From Babesia bigemina (taxonomy: Eukaryota): 64,000 nucleotides of DNA. The stretch is taken from positions 310,001 through 374,000 of the forward strand of contig NC_027216.1 in the NCBI RefSeq assembly GCF_000981445.1, written 5' to 3'. The translations under genes and the position numbers were made by a program. Position 1 is the stretch's first letter. Every line of letters starts with the position of its first letter. Positions 23,472-35,821 of the stretch are shown in pieces. Below the pieces are notes generated by a model. The model worked only from the letters and a program-made list of their open reading frames with translations. It was not told the DNA's origin and ran no database searches.

Positions 23472-25182
23472 TTTGAAGGGTTAGCTAAATTACGGAATTA
23501 TTGTAATAAAATCGTGTGAATATCGTGTTTATCTACTAATTGCGTCGCGAAGATCCCGCGTATGTAATAGGAACACTGAATGCAGGTAATGTCGTAATAG
23601 CGGGGAAGGACAAGACAAGTGTTGTTGCCTTCTAATACATATGCGCTTTAGCACGGTATGCGAATTCTTCTTAATGCGAACGAGGCAGACCTAAGCAAAG
23701 CCATGGCGGCCGAAGTGCCGTATCGCAGCCAGTTCTAGACAATAAGCGTGGCATGTACTATGTAAAGCGCGAGTGATAGACGTGCATAAGTTTTAGCCAC
23801 AAGGGGCGTATACAGTAGCTCTGCGTGTTGAATCAATGTGTAACAATGTGTAGATATTTCAACAATGTTGCAAGTGGTTGCGAGTGGTGTGTTGCTGCGC
23901 TTATGGAGTCGCGCGTTACACGCTGTTGATCGACCTCGCAATCATTCGGTGACGGAGTCAGACGATTCTTCTACTGTCTAACGTGCGTATCGTAATTGTG
24001 TTGTGCTTTAGGTGATTGCGGCAACTGCGATTCCTAATGTTTCTTGGCATGTAACAACCTCAGATGATGGCACCGTTGGTCGCCTTCCCTATAAATCAGG
24101 CATCATATCAGCGGTGATCGGCGGTTGCTGCAGAGTCTACTGCACAATTAGTTTTGGTACTGCTGTGTGTATGCGTACGATCTTGTGTGTATGCGCGTCC
24201 TTCATATGTGTATTCTTGGGGGAATAGATTGTTGGTTTGTAACCTAATCGTACGGCTCTACTAGCAGGTGTTGGTTGCCGAACATTGTAGCTCCAATGCG
24301 ACGTTCTATAAAGCCTGAGGGAATCTTGAAATTTGACGTAATCTTCCACGGCGGGATTCCTGAACCGCAGTTGTACACATTCCCATATATCGTTTGCCCA
24401 TACCAATGTGAGCTCATTTGAATTGCAATTGAAGGTCATGCCTCCAGTTCAGGCTGCCACTTTTCCGCCGCACCCATATACCACGCTAATGGTCTAACAA
24501 CGGTCTGTGTGAACCACGGTGTAGAATTAAGATGCAGTAGATTCATATCGATTCCTCAAGAGACACGACATATCACATCACATGGGTACTCAAACAATCA
24601 TTCGCATTCCGTACATTCATCTGGCGGACGCGTCACCGAATCTTACAAGGCGTTGTCATGCTGCCGACTTTAGCGATCGCCATACCAGAGCATAAACAAA
24701 TAAACCGACGCATTCATGTATTACATTACTTTCTAGTTGCTGCTTAGGTGATATGCGCGTGTTATTACTGGATGGAAGCGTTTACAGCAAGGGTGAAGTG
24801 CACAAGGAGGGTAGGAAGCACTGCGTGAACGTCGTCCCTGTCTTTTCTTCAGCCAGGCTGTCGCATAGTGAGTGCCCACGCTGCCACCTTCACGTGGCGA
24901 TTCCCGCGGGTACAAAGAGCTATTTACAAGCCTCCTTCACTCTCAGAATTATGGTCTTCAGGCGGAAGATCCTCTGTACCATCCTCACTGCCAGCACTAA
25001 ACGTGTCGTTTGATCTATGTTCCACGTCTTCACGCGCATTGTCGTTTTTGTCACGTTCTGAATGGTGCTTTTGGGGGGGAGGTGCAAAATGAATCAGCCG
25101 GTCTGCATTCTTCTCAATATGCTTGACAAAAGTGCTTATGTATTTGGCATAGTCGGCAGTGTGAGTGAACCTCTTTCATATT

Positions 25183-26160
25183 TTAACTACCGCGACTCTC
25201 AGAAGTGCTGCTAGAGTTGCGGTCATACTCACTACGAAAACGGTAACGTTTCTTTATAAGCTTCCGGATTTTACGCAAAGCCTTACAACGTACACCCTTA
25301 TATCCTGCTTCTGAATCATCTTTTCCGCCACCTCTACCAGCTTCTTCTGATGCGAATATGTCTCTTATAACCGCTCCTTTTGACGCGTGTATGTCGCTTT
25401 TAACCGCTTCTTTTGACTCGAGTATGTCGCCTGTAACAGCTGCTCGTGACGAAAACGGGCGGCCTTCATACGCGTCCTTTGACGCTAGCATGTCTCTCAC
25501 ACATGCGTCTTTTGACGACAGTAGGTCTCTCATACACGCGTCTTTTGACGCGAGCATGTCCCTCATACACGCGTCTTTTGACGCCATTATGTTACTCATA
25601 CACGCGTCTTTTGACGCCATTATGTCCCTCATACACGCGTCTTTTGACGCCATTATGTTACTCATACACGCGTCTATTGACGCCATTATGTTACTCATAC
25701 ACGCGTCTTTTGACGCCATTATGTTCATCATACACGCGTATCGTGACGAGAATGGGCCGCCTCTAACCGCTGCTTTTGACGCGAATAGGTCGCTTATAAC
25801 CGCTTCTTGTGACGCGAGTAGTTCGCTTATAACCGCTGCTTTTGACGCGAGTAGTTCGCTTATAACCGCTGCTTTTGACGCGAGTAGGTCGCTTATAACC
25901 GCTGATTGTGACGAGAATGGGCCGCCTCTAACCGCTGCTTTTGACGCGAGTATGCGTCTTCTAACCGCTTCTTTTAACGCGAGTGTGCCGCCTGCACCAG
26001 CTACTTGTGAGCCCATGTTGCCGACATTAGTGTCCTTGTGTTCTATTTCCGTGCTACCCTTACAGGTCCCATAAATACCTTCATTTCCTTCCTCACCCTT
26101 ACCGAAAGAAACAGTCGTTGCCAGGTGGGTTGGCTTGTCTTCTCCAGTTGAATCCGCCAT
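25183..26160 (-). CDS. 11-aa-repeat protein (cassette 1), C-terminally shortened relative to copy 3
   Basis: MADS.G.DKPTHLATTVSFGKG N-terminus; 33-nt repeats (ASKDACMSNIM, ASKAAVISELL); basic C-terminal stretch. Confidence 0.65.
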   Translation of the reverse strand: MADSTGEDKPTHLATTVSFGKGEEGNEGIYGTCKGSTEIEHKDTNVGNMGSQVAGAGGTLALKEAVRRRILASKAAVRGGPFSSQSAVISDLLASKAAVISELLASKAAVISELLASQEAVISDLFASKAAVRGGPFSSRYACMMNIMASKDACMSNIMASIDACMSNIMASKDACMRDIMASKDACMSNIMASKDACMRDMLASKDACMRDLLSSKDACVRDMLASKDAYEGRPFSSRAAVTGDILESKEAVKSDIHASKGAVIRDIFASEEAGRGGGKDDSEAGYKGVRCKALRKIRKLIKKRYRFRSEYDRNSSSTSESRGS

Positions 26161-27073
26161 CTCGCACGCAGTAGATTCAAACGTAGTGATGCGAAATAAT
26201 TGGCCACGGATGTATAGCTAAATGGTTTTGTTCAAACGAAAGACAGACTGTCGTCGACGTGTGCTCTCGAAACGTGTTCCTGAAGCTAGCCGCCCTCAAA
26301 AACACGCCGTATCCACCTCTAACAACACATGTATCGTCTAGTTACTGCGCCAGCGTGATAAGTATTAAAATAGACTCACCTGTATTTGAAGCGAGAGGAA
26401 TGCCACTGATTCACGTAAGATTGTATTGTGTGCACGCTCGTTGCAACCTTCTCGGGGTAACGACTAAGTGGGGAGCCATGTTTGCGGGGCGCCCCTCAAA
26501 GCCTCTGCTAGGGTGCAGTCTGGGGTTACGACTTCACGGCTTATCACGATGCTGACAATAAATGCCACCACACTGAAGATTAACTCATACATAGGCAAAT
26601 ATTCACCGATATTCGCCTATATAGGGTGAAAGCCACACGGTCTAGCCACCCACTCCCACCGGTCGCCCAACGTGCTCAGGCAATGCCGCAGTGGTTGCTC
26701 ACCCAAATTGGGGGCTTCAGTGAAGTCCCATTCTAGGTACCACTTATTGCTCTTTGTCGCGTGTTAGGGGCATTGTTAAGGTTTCAAAATGCAAACGGAG
26801 ATGCAAACCTCTATGTTGCATCTTCCTCATGCCTGCAGTAGACAATGCCCAACTAAGGTGTGGTGACAAGTAATTCAATAGCACAGTCTTCACAGGTTCC
26901 ACGGCCGTTCACACTAGTTACAAAAAGCCACGACAACACCAGAACATGTCGTTAGACTGGCAATTACAATTGCAACACTCTCCACAAAGCAATGCTCTCA
27001 CTGAAGACACAATCCAGCAGATCGACCAACACGAACTATGACAATTAAACTCTGTCATTGACAAAAATGTTTA

Positions 27074-28500
27074 CTACATCTGAGCTACCCATTCCTTGGA
27101 GTAGTAGTTCTCGATCTGGATGGTAGACAGGACGACACCCTTGATAGTGATGCATCGGCATTCAAGTGGCGGCGACTGGCGCAGGGTCTCCCCGGGTCCT
27201 ATATTATCACTGTCGAACTTTAGAATGATGAAATGGTTGGAACGCGTCGTAAACATCGATTCGCTCAATTCGCCTAGGTCCTTCACTTCACCGTTCACGG
27301 AGACATTGTTGAAGCAATTGGGCGGGTCCAGGACGTAAGGTGCTGGGCAGTAGAAAGCCGCTTCCTTAGCAGTCTTAAAATGGTAGAAGCACATTTATTT
27401 CGTTCAGACAAAGCACTCCCAAGCCAAGTCCGATCTTTGATGGTTCCTCGGTCTATGGTGTCTTCGCAGTCCAAGGGAAAGCTTGCATTTCGGCGAAGAC
27501 ATGGCGTTGGGAAAGTTGACGCCGCACTGCGTCACTCAGAACACAATCTTGCGGTCTACAGATGAATATCAAACGGCGCTCGGCCATCGTAGACAATTCA
27601 TCTGGTGGCATCACAACATGCATTTCCGTATGTGATCCACTGGATTCAAACCATACGATATCACGCCCAGATTCATTGTGTGTTACGCACGAAGTAGCGA
27701 CGAAACAAAACTCACTATTGTTGATCACGTACGCATTGACCTGAAACGCTGCATCTGCAGTCGGTTAGGGATGCCAGGCATGTTCGCTGTGGTTGACCCG
27801 ACGAGGGCATATGGCAGTTGTTACGATGGAGTTTCCAGCATCCTTTTTGCACGCGATGAACGAATTGTCGCTATGTAATTCATTTGTATATCCGAAATCA
27901 CAAGAAACTCGCCTAGACATTATCGTAGAGAGCATTACTGCGCAACGTGCCAACGGAGCTCACAAATTTGGCCATTGTCATAATTTTCGCTTCAGACGAT
28001 AACTTGCAACCGCAAAAATCATTAAAAAAGGTGCTAAACAGCATAAATATTATGGGTATGCTAAAACAAAAAAATCGACAATTTATTGTTTGTGACAAGA
28101 AAAGACACCGAGAACCAACCCCACGTCTGCAGCCGGCTCACTGCCACAGAATTTTCCTACACGGGTCCAACATAACAGTCAGTAAATGACTCTGTTGTGT
28201 CATACAGATACCTTAACGTTTTAATACTTGCAAAATTATTAATGCAAATTATGACATCAATATCGGTACATGGCCGCATCCCCTCTTTCCATTTCCGTGA
28301 GTCGCCTCTCAAAAGTCCAACGAAGATAATCCACCAGTCATAATACGGGAGCATCGACGCAAGAACATCGTCACGATGGTCGAAACAAAAATAACTAATG
28401 AAAAATACACGGTCAAGTTTGGAATGTGCAAGTCGTGGATGTACGACTACCCCGTGATGCGAATGAAATGCTGGCAATGCAGCCGACGAACGATGCAAAA
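27074..28500 (-). pseudogene. Degraded 6-Cys (s48/45-domain-like) protein gene; only the C-terminal part is open
   Basis: YCPAPYVLDPPNCF...LECRCITIKGVVLSTIQIENYYSK cysteine pattern; upstream Cys-rich fragments broken by stops/frameshifts; 5' limit approximate. Confidence 0.6.
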
Positions 28501-30868
28501 TGTGATACAGTTATGATTGCCAGAGTGATTCTAAAGCTGTGACGGAGAGTCACCGGATGCGGCAAGACGGGCGCGTTCGTAGGAGACCACGGAGTCCGAG
28601 GGTATACCGATGCTGGGTGTGCAATCTTACCACAGCATATGAAGATTCTCCGTTATCAGTAGCAGTTACCGAAACGGTAAGCAGCTATTAATGGCACAAT
28701 GTGCGGACTATGGGTCAGCAAATGTGGATTTGCAGTCGGCCGCTGTTCACCACGGGGATGTAGGAGACTGGTTTCCCACGGTAACTGCTGAAACCGGACG
28801 CACAGTACCAGTTATTATATGAGCTAATATATCGACCAGCGATGCTAAGGAGTAACAATGGCAGCATGAGCTAGAGGAGGCAGGACATTCTGGTTGCGAC
28901 GTCTTGGAGCCGCTGGGACTCTCTACTACGTCATTAATAATCCGAGGCGCCCATTGCCGGACTTGTAGAGGTTATGTACGGAGGAAAGCAATAGGAGCGT
29001 TGTCACAGGACAATGGACAGGACAAGCGCACCGGACAAGACGCCTTTGCGAGAGTCGCAGTTACAGGTGTCCCAAGCTTTACAACGCAGAGAACCGGAGC
29101 CGTAAAATTGCCCGACACTTGGACTACACGCACACTAGACACCCGCATTAGTATCTGCCTGCTACATCGGTAGTCAGACAGGCAGCCCCGCAAAGTTTTG
29201 ATAACGTAAGCTGATGGTGGTACCAGTTGGGTAAAGCGGACACTTGATTACCGCTTTAAAGACCGACAATGATATAATTGTTTATGTATACGCTGTATGA
29301 CTCGCCGATGTTGTGAAATGCATTTTACCACCCTGTCTCAGGGGTGCACGAGACGGTGGGTAAGCATGTCTGCACCGCACACTCCACTGCACTGTACACA
29401 GAAGGAATATAAACATCTCAATGTACTTTCCTTGATTATCTTCCTGACAAGTCTTGTAAACTGTAATACGCGCGCGTGTAACTCGCAATGTGCAGGATCT
29501 AGCGTTGTATTAGTTACGTAACATGCCTACATGAGACAGCGGACGTGACTGCTGCCTTGGAAGCTGTAAATGGTCATCATGAATCAGCAAAGTAATCAGT
29601 CTGACAGGTGAACTTCCGAGGGTCCAGTGTCTAACGATGTTTCCAGAGGTTGCGACTAGAAATCGCATCGAACCTTGGCATTTGCAAGATGTTGAGTGAC
29701 TCATTCTCCAGTAAGTGCATCATAGCGATCGTCTATTGCACGCACGGTCACTGATTTCATTTATCGCAGCTTGAGGCGGCTGTTCCAGTCTAGAGGAGGT
29801 TTCGCACCCGGTGTATTCGGGCCTGCATCCTACACGTTGTCCTCTACGGTGGCGGCCAATGGGAGAGGTAATTGCGGTTAAATATGTTACAAATCATTTA
29901 TCAGGCGTATAGTTTATTGCTTCGAATACGCGTTCAAAAGTGTCGAGACGAGTCAAGTTCGACTTCATGGATCGCCTCCGAGACGACCACTCCGTGGATC
30001 CACAACTCTTTGCGATCCGCCATTCTGGCACTCTCGGGATATCATATACATTGATGATTTCAATCGGCTAATCAGCCATCACCGATCTCAGTATACGCTT
30101 CGCCGCGTCGGTGGCAGGAGCAAGGCCTGAGGTGACACCCGAGATTGTGGCAATGGCAATTTCAAAGTATCTACTAATTGGGCGATTGCGACATTTAAAT
30201 TGTATGCTGTAAACCGCTACACCACGGTCGGATAAGCGGAATTGATGGGTTGCGTTGAGAAGGCCGTCAGGCACGTGGAATGCTGAGTGGATGCCGCAGG
30301 TTGGTCGTCAATGTTTGAAGTTTCGGAGTGGCAAGGTGGTGCACCCGTTTAACCACCTGTTTGTTGTGTTCACGATATGCAGGTGATTGTTCGGATTTCT
30401 AGAGTGTGTACGCGTGTCTATGGACGTCACCATGCCTCATGTCTGGACACCTCCCAATGTGCCTACGGGGCTACGTGGTTACGGGCCTTATTTATATTCG
30501 ACCTTGGGATGATTGCTGCCTCCCTGATCCAGAGCGGAATGTCAAGTGGTAGCTTGGGAGCGCTTGTAGGGCAGCTAGCCGTGGAAATTGGCCCCTACTG
30601 TGAGGCGTGTTCTGTTGACGGAATCTAAGCATTACTTTCTCATTATATAAACGTGAGTTAATTTTGCTATAAAATATACTTACAAACTAGCGCGTACATA
30701 CATCTGTCAGCGGTGAATACGACGTGTTTTGAGGGCGGCTAGCTTCAGGAACACGATTCGAGAGCACACGTCGACGACAGTCTGTCTTTCGTTTGAACAA
30801 AACCCATTTAGCTATACATCCGTGGCCAATTATTTCGCATAACTACGTTTGAATCGGTTGCGTGCGAG

Positions 30869-32509
30869 ATGGCGGATTCTTCAGGAGGGGACCAGCCAAC
30901 CCACCTGGCAACGACTGTTTCTATCGGTAAGGGTGAGGAAGGAAATGAAGGTATCTATGGGACATACGAGGGTAGCACAAAAATGGAACATAAGGGCGCT
31001 AATGTCGGCAACATGGGCTCACAAGTAGCTGGTGCAAGCGGCATACTCGCGCCACCATCAGCTGGTGCAAGCGGCATACTCGCGCCACCATCAGCTGGTG
31101 CAGGCGGCATACCCGCGCCACCATCAGCTGGTGCAAGCGGCATACTCGCGTCACAAGCAGCTGGTGCAAGCGGCATACTCGCGCCACCATCAGCTGGTGC
31201 AAGCGGCATACCCGCGTCACAAGCAGCGGGTGCAAGCGGCATACTCGCGCCACCATCAGCTGGTGCAGGCGGCATACCCGCGTCACAAGTAGCTGGTGCA
31301 AGCGGCATACTCGCGTCACAAGCAGCTGGTGCAAGCGGCATACTCGCGCCACCATCAGCTGGTGCAGGCGGCATACCCGCGTCACAAGCAGCGGGTGCAA
31401 GCGGCATACTCGCGCCACCATCAGCTGGTGCAGGCGGCACACTCTCGTCACAAGAAGCGGGTATAAGAGACATACTCGCGTCACTAGCAGCGGGTATAAG
31501 AGACATACTCGCGTCACAAGCAGCGTATGAAGGCCACCGATTCTCGTCACAAGAAGCGGGTATAAGAGACATACTCGCGTCACAAGAAGCGGGTATAAGA
31601 GACATACTCGCGTCACAAGCAGCGTATGAAGGCCACCGATTCTCGTCACAAGCAGCGTATGAAGGCCACCGATTCTCGTCACAAGCAGCGTATGAAGGCC
31701 ACCGATTCTCGTCACAAGCAGCGGGTATAAGAGACATACTCGCGTCACTAGCAGCGGGTATAAGAGACATACTCGCGTCACAAGCAGCGTATGAAGGCCA
31801 CCGATTCTCGTCACAAGAAGCGGGTATAAGAGACATACTCGCGTCACAAGAAGCGGGTATAAGAGACATACTCGCGTCACAAGAAGCGGTTAGAAGAGAC
31901 ATACTCGCGTCACAAGAAGCGGTTAGAAGAGACATACTCGCGTCACAAGAAGCGGTTATAAGCCACATACTCGCGTCACAAGAAGCGGTTATAAGCCACA
32001 TACTCTTGCAACAAGAAGAGGTTAGAAGAGACATACTCGCGTCACAAGAAGCGGCTAGAAGCGGCATACTCGCGTCACTAGCAGCGGTTAGAAAAGACAT
32101 ACTCGAGTCACAAGAAGCGTTTTCAATAGACATACTCGCGTCACAAGAAGCGGATACGAAAGAAATACTCGCGTTACAAAACACGGGTACAAGGGGCAAA
32201 AGCTCGTCAGGAGAAGCGGTTACACGCCGCAGCGAACGCTTACGGGCAACCGCTAAAAGGGCCAAAAGCTCGTCAGAAGAAGCGGTTAGAGGAAGCATAC
32301 GCGCGTCAGAAGAAGCTGGTTGAGGCGTCGGCAAACATGGTTCACGGTCAGCGGGTAGCGGCGTCGGCAAAGATGATTCAGAAGCAGGATATAAGGGTGT
32401 ACGTTGTAAGGCTTTGCGTAAAATCCGGAAGCTTATAAAGAAACGTTTCCGTTTTCGTAGTGAGTATGACCGCAACTCTAGCAGCACTTCTGAGAGTCGC
32501 GGTAGTTAA
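30869..32509 (+). pseudogene. 11-aa-repeat protein (cassette 2) with in-frame TGA at 32321-32323; 484-aa ORF before the stop
   Basis: Same N-terminus as the other copies; >30 consecutive 33-nt repeats; homology with copy 1 continues in frame past the TGA to TAA at ~32509. Confidence 0.65.
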
Positions 32510-34199
32510 AATATGAAAGAGGTTCACTCACACTGCCGACTATGCCAAATACATAACCAAATGTGTCAAGCATATTGCGGAGAATCTAGACCGGCTGATT
32601 CATTTTGCACCTCCCCCCCAAAAGCACCATTCAGAACGTGACAAAAACGACAATGCGCGTGAAGACGTGGAACATAGATCAAACGACACGTTTAGTGCTG
32701 GCAGTGAGGATGGTACAGAGGATCTTCCGCCTGAAGACCATAATTCTGAGAGTGAAGGAGGCTTGTAAATAGCTCTTTGTACCCGCGGGAATCGCCACGT
32801 GAAGGTGGCAGCGTGGGCACGAACTATGCGACAGCCTGGCTGAAGAAAAGACGGGGACTACGTTCACGCAGTGCTTCCTACCCTCCTTGTGCACTTCACC
32901 CTTGCTGTAAACGCTTCCATCCAGTAATAACACGCGCATATCACCTAAGCAGCAACTAGAAAGTAATGTAATACATGTATGCGTCGGTTTATTTGTTTAT
33001 GCTCTGGTCTGGCGATCGCTAAAGTCGGTAGCACGACAACGCCTTGTAAGATTCGGTGACGCGTCCTCCAGATGAATGTACGGAATGCGAATGATTGTTT
33101 GAGTGCCCATGTGATGTGATATGTCGTGTCTCTTGAGGGATCGATATGAATCTACTGCATCTTAATCCTACACCGTGGTTCACACAGACCGTTGTTAGAC
33201 CATTAGCGTGGTATATGGGTGCGGCGGAAAAGTGGCAGCCTGAACTGGAGGCATGACCTTCAATTGCAATTCAAATGAGCTCACATTGGTATGGGCAAAC
33301 GATATATGGGAATGTGTACAACTGCGGTTCAGGAATCCCGCCGTGGAAGATTACGTCAAATTTCAAGATTCCCTCAGGCTTTATAGAACGTCGCATTGGA
33401 GCTACAATGTTCGGCAACCAACACCTGCTAGTAGAGCCGTACGATTAGGTTACAAACCAACAATCTATTCCCCCAAGAATACACATATGAAGGACGCGCA
33501 TACACACAAGATCGTACGCATACACACAGCAGTACCAAAACTAATTGTGCAGTAGACTCTGCAGCAACCGCCGATCACCGCTGATATGATGCCTGATTTA
33601 TAGGGAAGGCGACCAACGGTGCCATCATCTGAGGTTGTTACATGCCAAGAAACCTTAGGAATCGCAGTTGCCGCAATCACCTAAAGCACAAAACAATTAC
33701 GATACGCACGTTAGACAGTAGAAGAATCGTCTGACTCCGTCGCCGAATGATTGCGAGGTCGATCAACAGCGTGTAACGCGCGACTCCATAAGCGCCGCAA
33801 CACACCACTCGCAACCAATTGCAACATTGTTGAAATATCTACACATTGTCACACATTGATTCAACACGCAGAGCTACTGTATACGCCCTTTTGGCCCAAA
33901 CTTATGCACGTCTATCACTCGCGCTTTACATAGTACATGCCACGCTTATTGTCTAGAACTGGCTGCGATACGGCACTTTTGGCATGAGTGCAGTGCCCGA
34001 AATTGACTATTTTGTGCGTTGACGGATTTGCAGATTGTGATAAATTACTGGTGTATTGGAAGGCAAAGGCATTTGGGTTGTCCGTCTCCTCGATTAGGAC
34101 ACAGGTGCTTCAATACGCTTTCTGTCTTATATACTGTTCTGCAGACAGCGTAACAACACATGTTTATAGAGGTCACCTTATCAGAAGAATCTTTGCAAA

Positions 34200-34961
34200 A
34201 TGGAATTGCATTCGTTAATTGCGGCTCCTCGCAACTTCAGGGAGGCCATTGACTGGTTGGTGGCCGTGAGGGGAGATGGTGCTAAAAGCAACGTAGCAGC
34301 ATTGGGTGCCGCACTCTTCAGTTCCCTGGCAGACAAAACTATTGATAAGATGGAGATGCGAGATCTTTAGGATGTAAAAAGCGTTTCAAAGGAGTTCCTG
34401 ATGCAACTGGAGGTTCACCACCATCCATATGTAAAGGAGCTGTTGACACGATACAATGTGGCTATGGATAGCAACCTCGGTTTTTTCGACAGGGCATTTA
34501 AGGATATTGCCATAAGTGATTACGAGAATGTCTTACAGACTCAGAGTATTGAACCTGAAACCATCGCAAAGAACCTTGGTAAAGTTGTTCATAGTACCGA
34601 GAAGTTCTTGGACTACATTAAAAGGACACGCCGCTATAATCGTACCTACAGCTTACAGGCGACGTGGGCTTCCTCGTGCACGCATGACCCAGAAGTTTGC
34701 GCAGTGGTTCTCGTAGGCATTGCACCTATGTTGTATGCAGGCCTGCGTTGTTTGATTGATGCGGCTGCAGATGCATTTATGGAAGGACCGGCTTCTATTC
34801 AGGAGCACAGTTTGATAAGTGTTTTGGAAACTCTGGGTTACGAGGGGCAACCAAAGCGTGGTAAGGTGCGTAGTTCAGATATACGCAGTGCGTTGAGCGA
34901 TGTGAACAAAGATGTATTGAACGTGCTCTACGACCTCGCTGGCTTCTGGGCTTTCTACTGA
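34200..34961 (+). pseudogene. Mosaic VESA-like 253-codon gene with premature TAG (34368-34370)
   Basis: ATG at 34200; codon 57 is TAG where the 10138 copy has GAG; remainder nearly identical to the 10138 copy. Confidence 0.9.
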
Positions 34962-35821
34962 GTAGAGCATACAATAGCTGGATAAGCCGCCACGCGTTGA
35001 TTCTGAGCCCGCAGCACCAGTGGGTTGGCATCTCTTCACCACTCACGAAACACTCCAAGTTTTTGAAATGCAGTTTTAGCAAGCTTTGTGGATACGGTCT
35101 TCGTCCACTGCACTGGCGTCAAAAACAACTATGGGCGTCTCGCGAATCGAGCTCGTGACGCAATTAGACCTGCGTTCATGCAGCTCCATACAACTAAATG
35201 TCTGCATACCCGACTCCATGTGGCAACGGAAAGTTCATTAACAAAGCTGAGCACTACTCCACAACCCCTTGGGCGAACGATATATCAATAACGCTTTGCA
35301 AATAGTGCCGTGATACACGTTTACGAATTGCAAAGCATGTATGATCGCAAGGGGTGTCAACGCCTATACTTGTGATCACATCACAAACTAATCCTTAAGC
35401 GTGCGTACGTTTCTGGACATCTATCTTAACAGAACACTTAGTTCACGCGCATTAGACAATTTATTGTTGTGGCCTAATTCTCGCAGTTTTGAATTTTCCA
35501 CCCTCTACGTTTTGCGAGGCGACCCTAGACGTTGGTTGCCATCGTCGGAGATGTCTCTGGTCAGTGGTGAGCAGGGAAAGAAATGGAGTGGAATTAATAA
35601 GTTCTTGATTGACGGGAAAGACGTTCCATGGTATGAGTTGCCATGGACGCCAGGTTATACTACTTTAATTAGAATCTTGCTATAGTTTTGGTGTTCATAT
35701 AGCAAAGTGTGCCTTGTAGATGCCAAGTATGTGGTTTCTTATTCGATTGTACAACATTTAAACGCGAACGATTTAAAACTTCACGTTGACACGATATTGA
35801 ATCTTTTTGTTTGCCGTATAC

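Larger units (their letters stand above)
22096..27170 (-). repeat. Composite cassette copy 1
   Basis: Reverse-complement homology to 30697-35320, 40815-46205 and direct homology to 61290-64000. Confidence 0.85.
30697..35320 (+). repeat. Composite cassette copy 2
   Basis: Repeat gene + spacer + VESA-like gene; e.g. identical 100-aa shadow ORFs at 24137-24439 (-) and 33253-33555 (+). Confidence 0.85.

Noticed and set aside
24137..24439. Repeated short spacer ORFs (MTFNCNSNEL..., MYPRESPREG..., MQCPKLTIL...)
   Set aside because: They recur only because the DNA is duplicated; the MTFNCN.. frame is broken by a stop in cassettes 3 and 4, and the others begin at non-ATG codons
31020..32160. CRISPR-like appearance of regular 33-bp units
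   Set aside because: Contiguous coding tandem repeats with no unique spacers, no cas genes, in a eukaryotic genome
32321..32323. Selenocysteine or programmed readthrough at the in-frame TGA
   Set aside because: The paralog has AGA (Arg) at this site and I saw no SECIS-like element; a simple nonsense mutation is more parsimonious
30955..32487. Long antisense and alternate-frame ORFs (510 aa and 293 aa here; also 25358-26074 and 41750-43045)
   Set aside because: Explained by 33-nt repeats lacking stops in several frames; only the MADS.. frame has a conserved ATG and conserved ends
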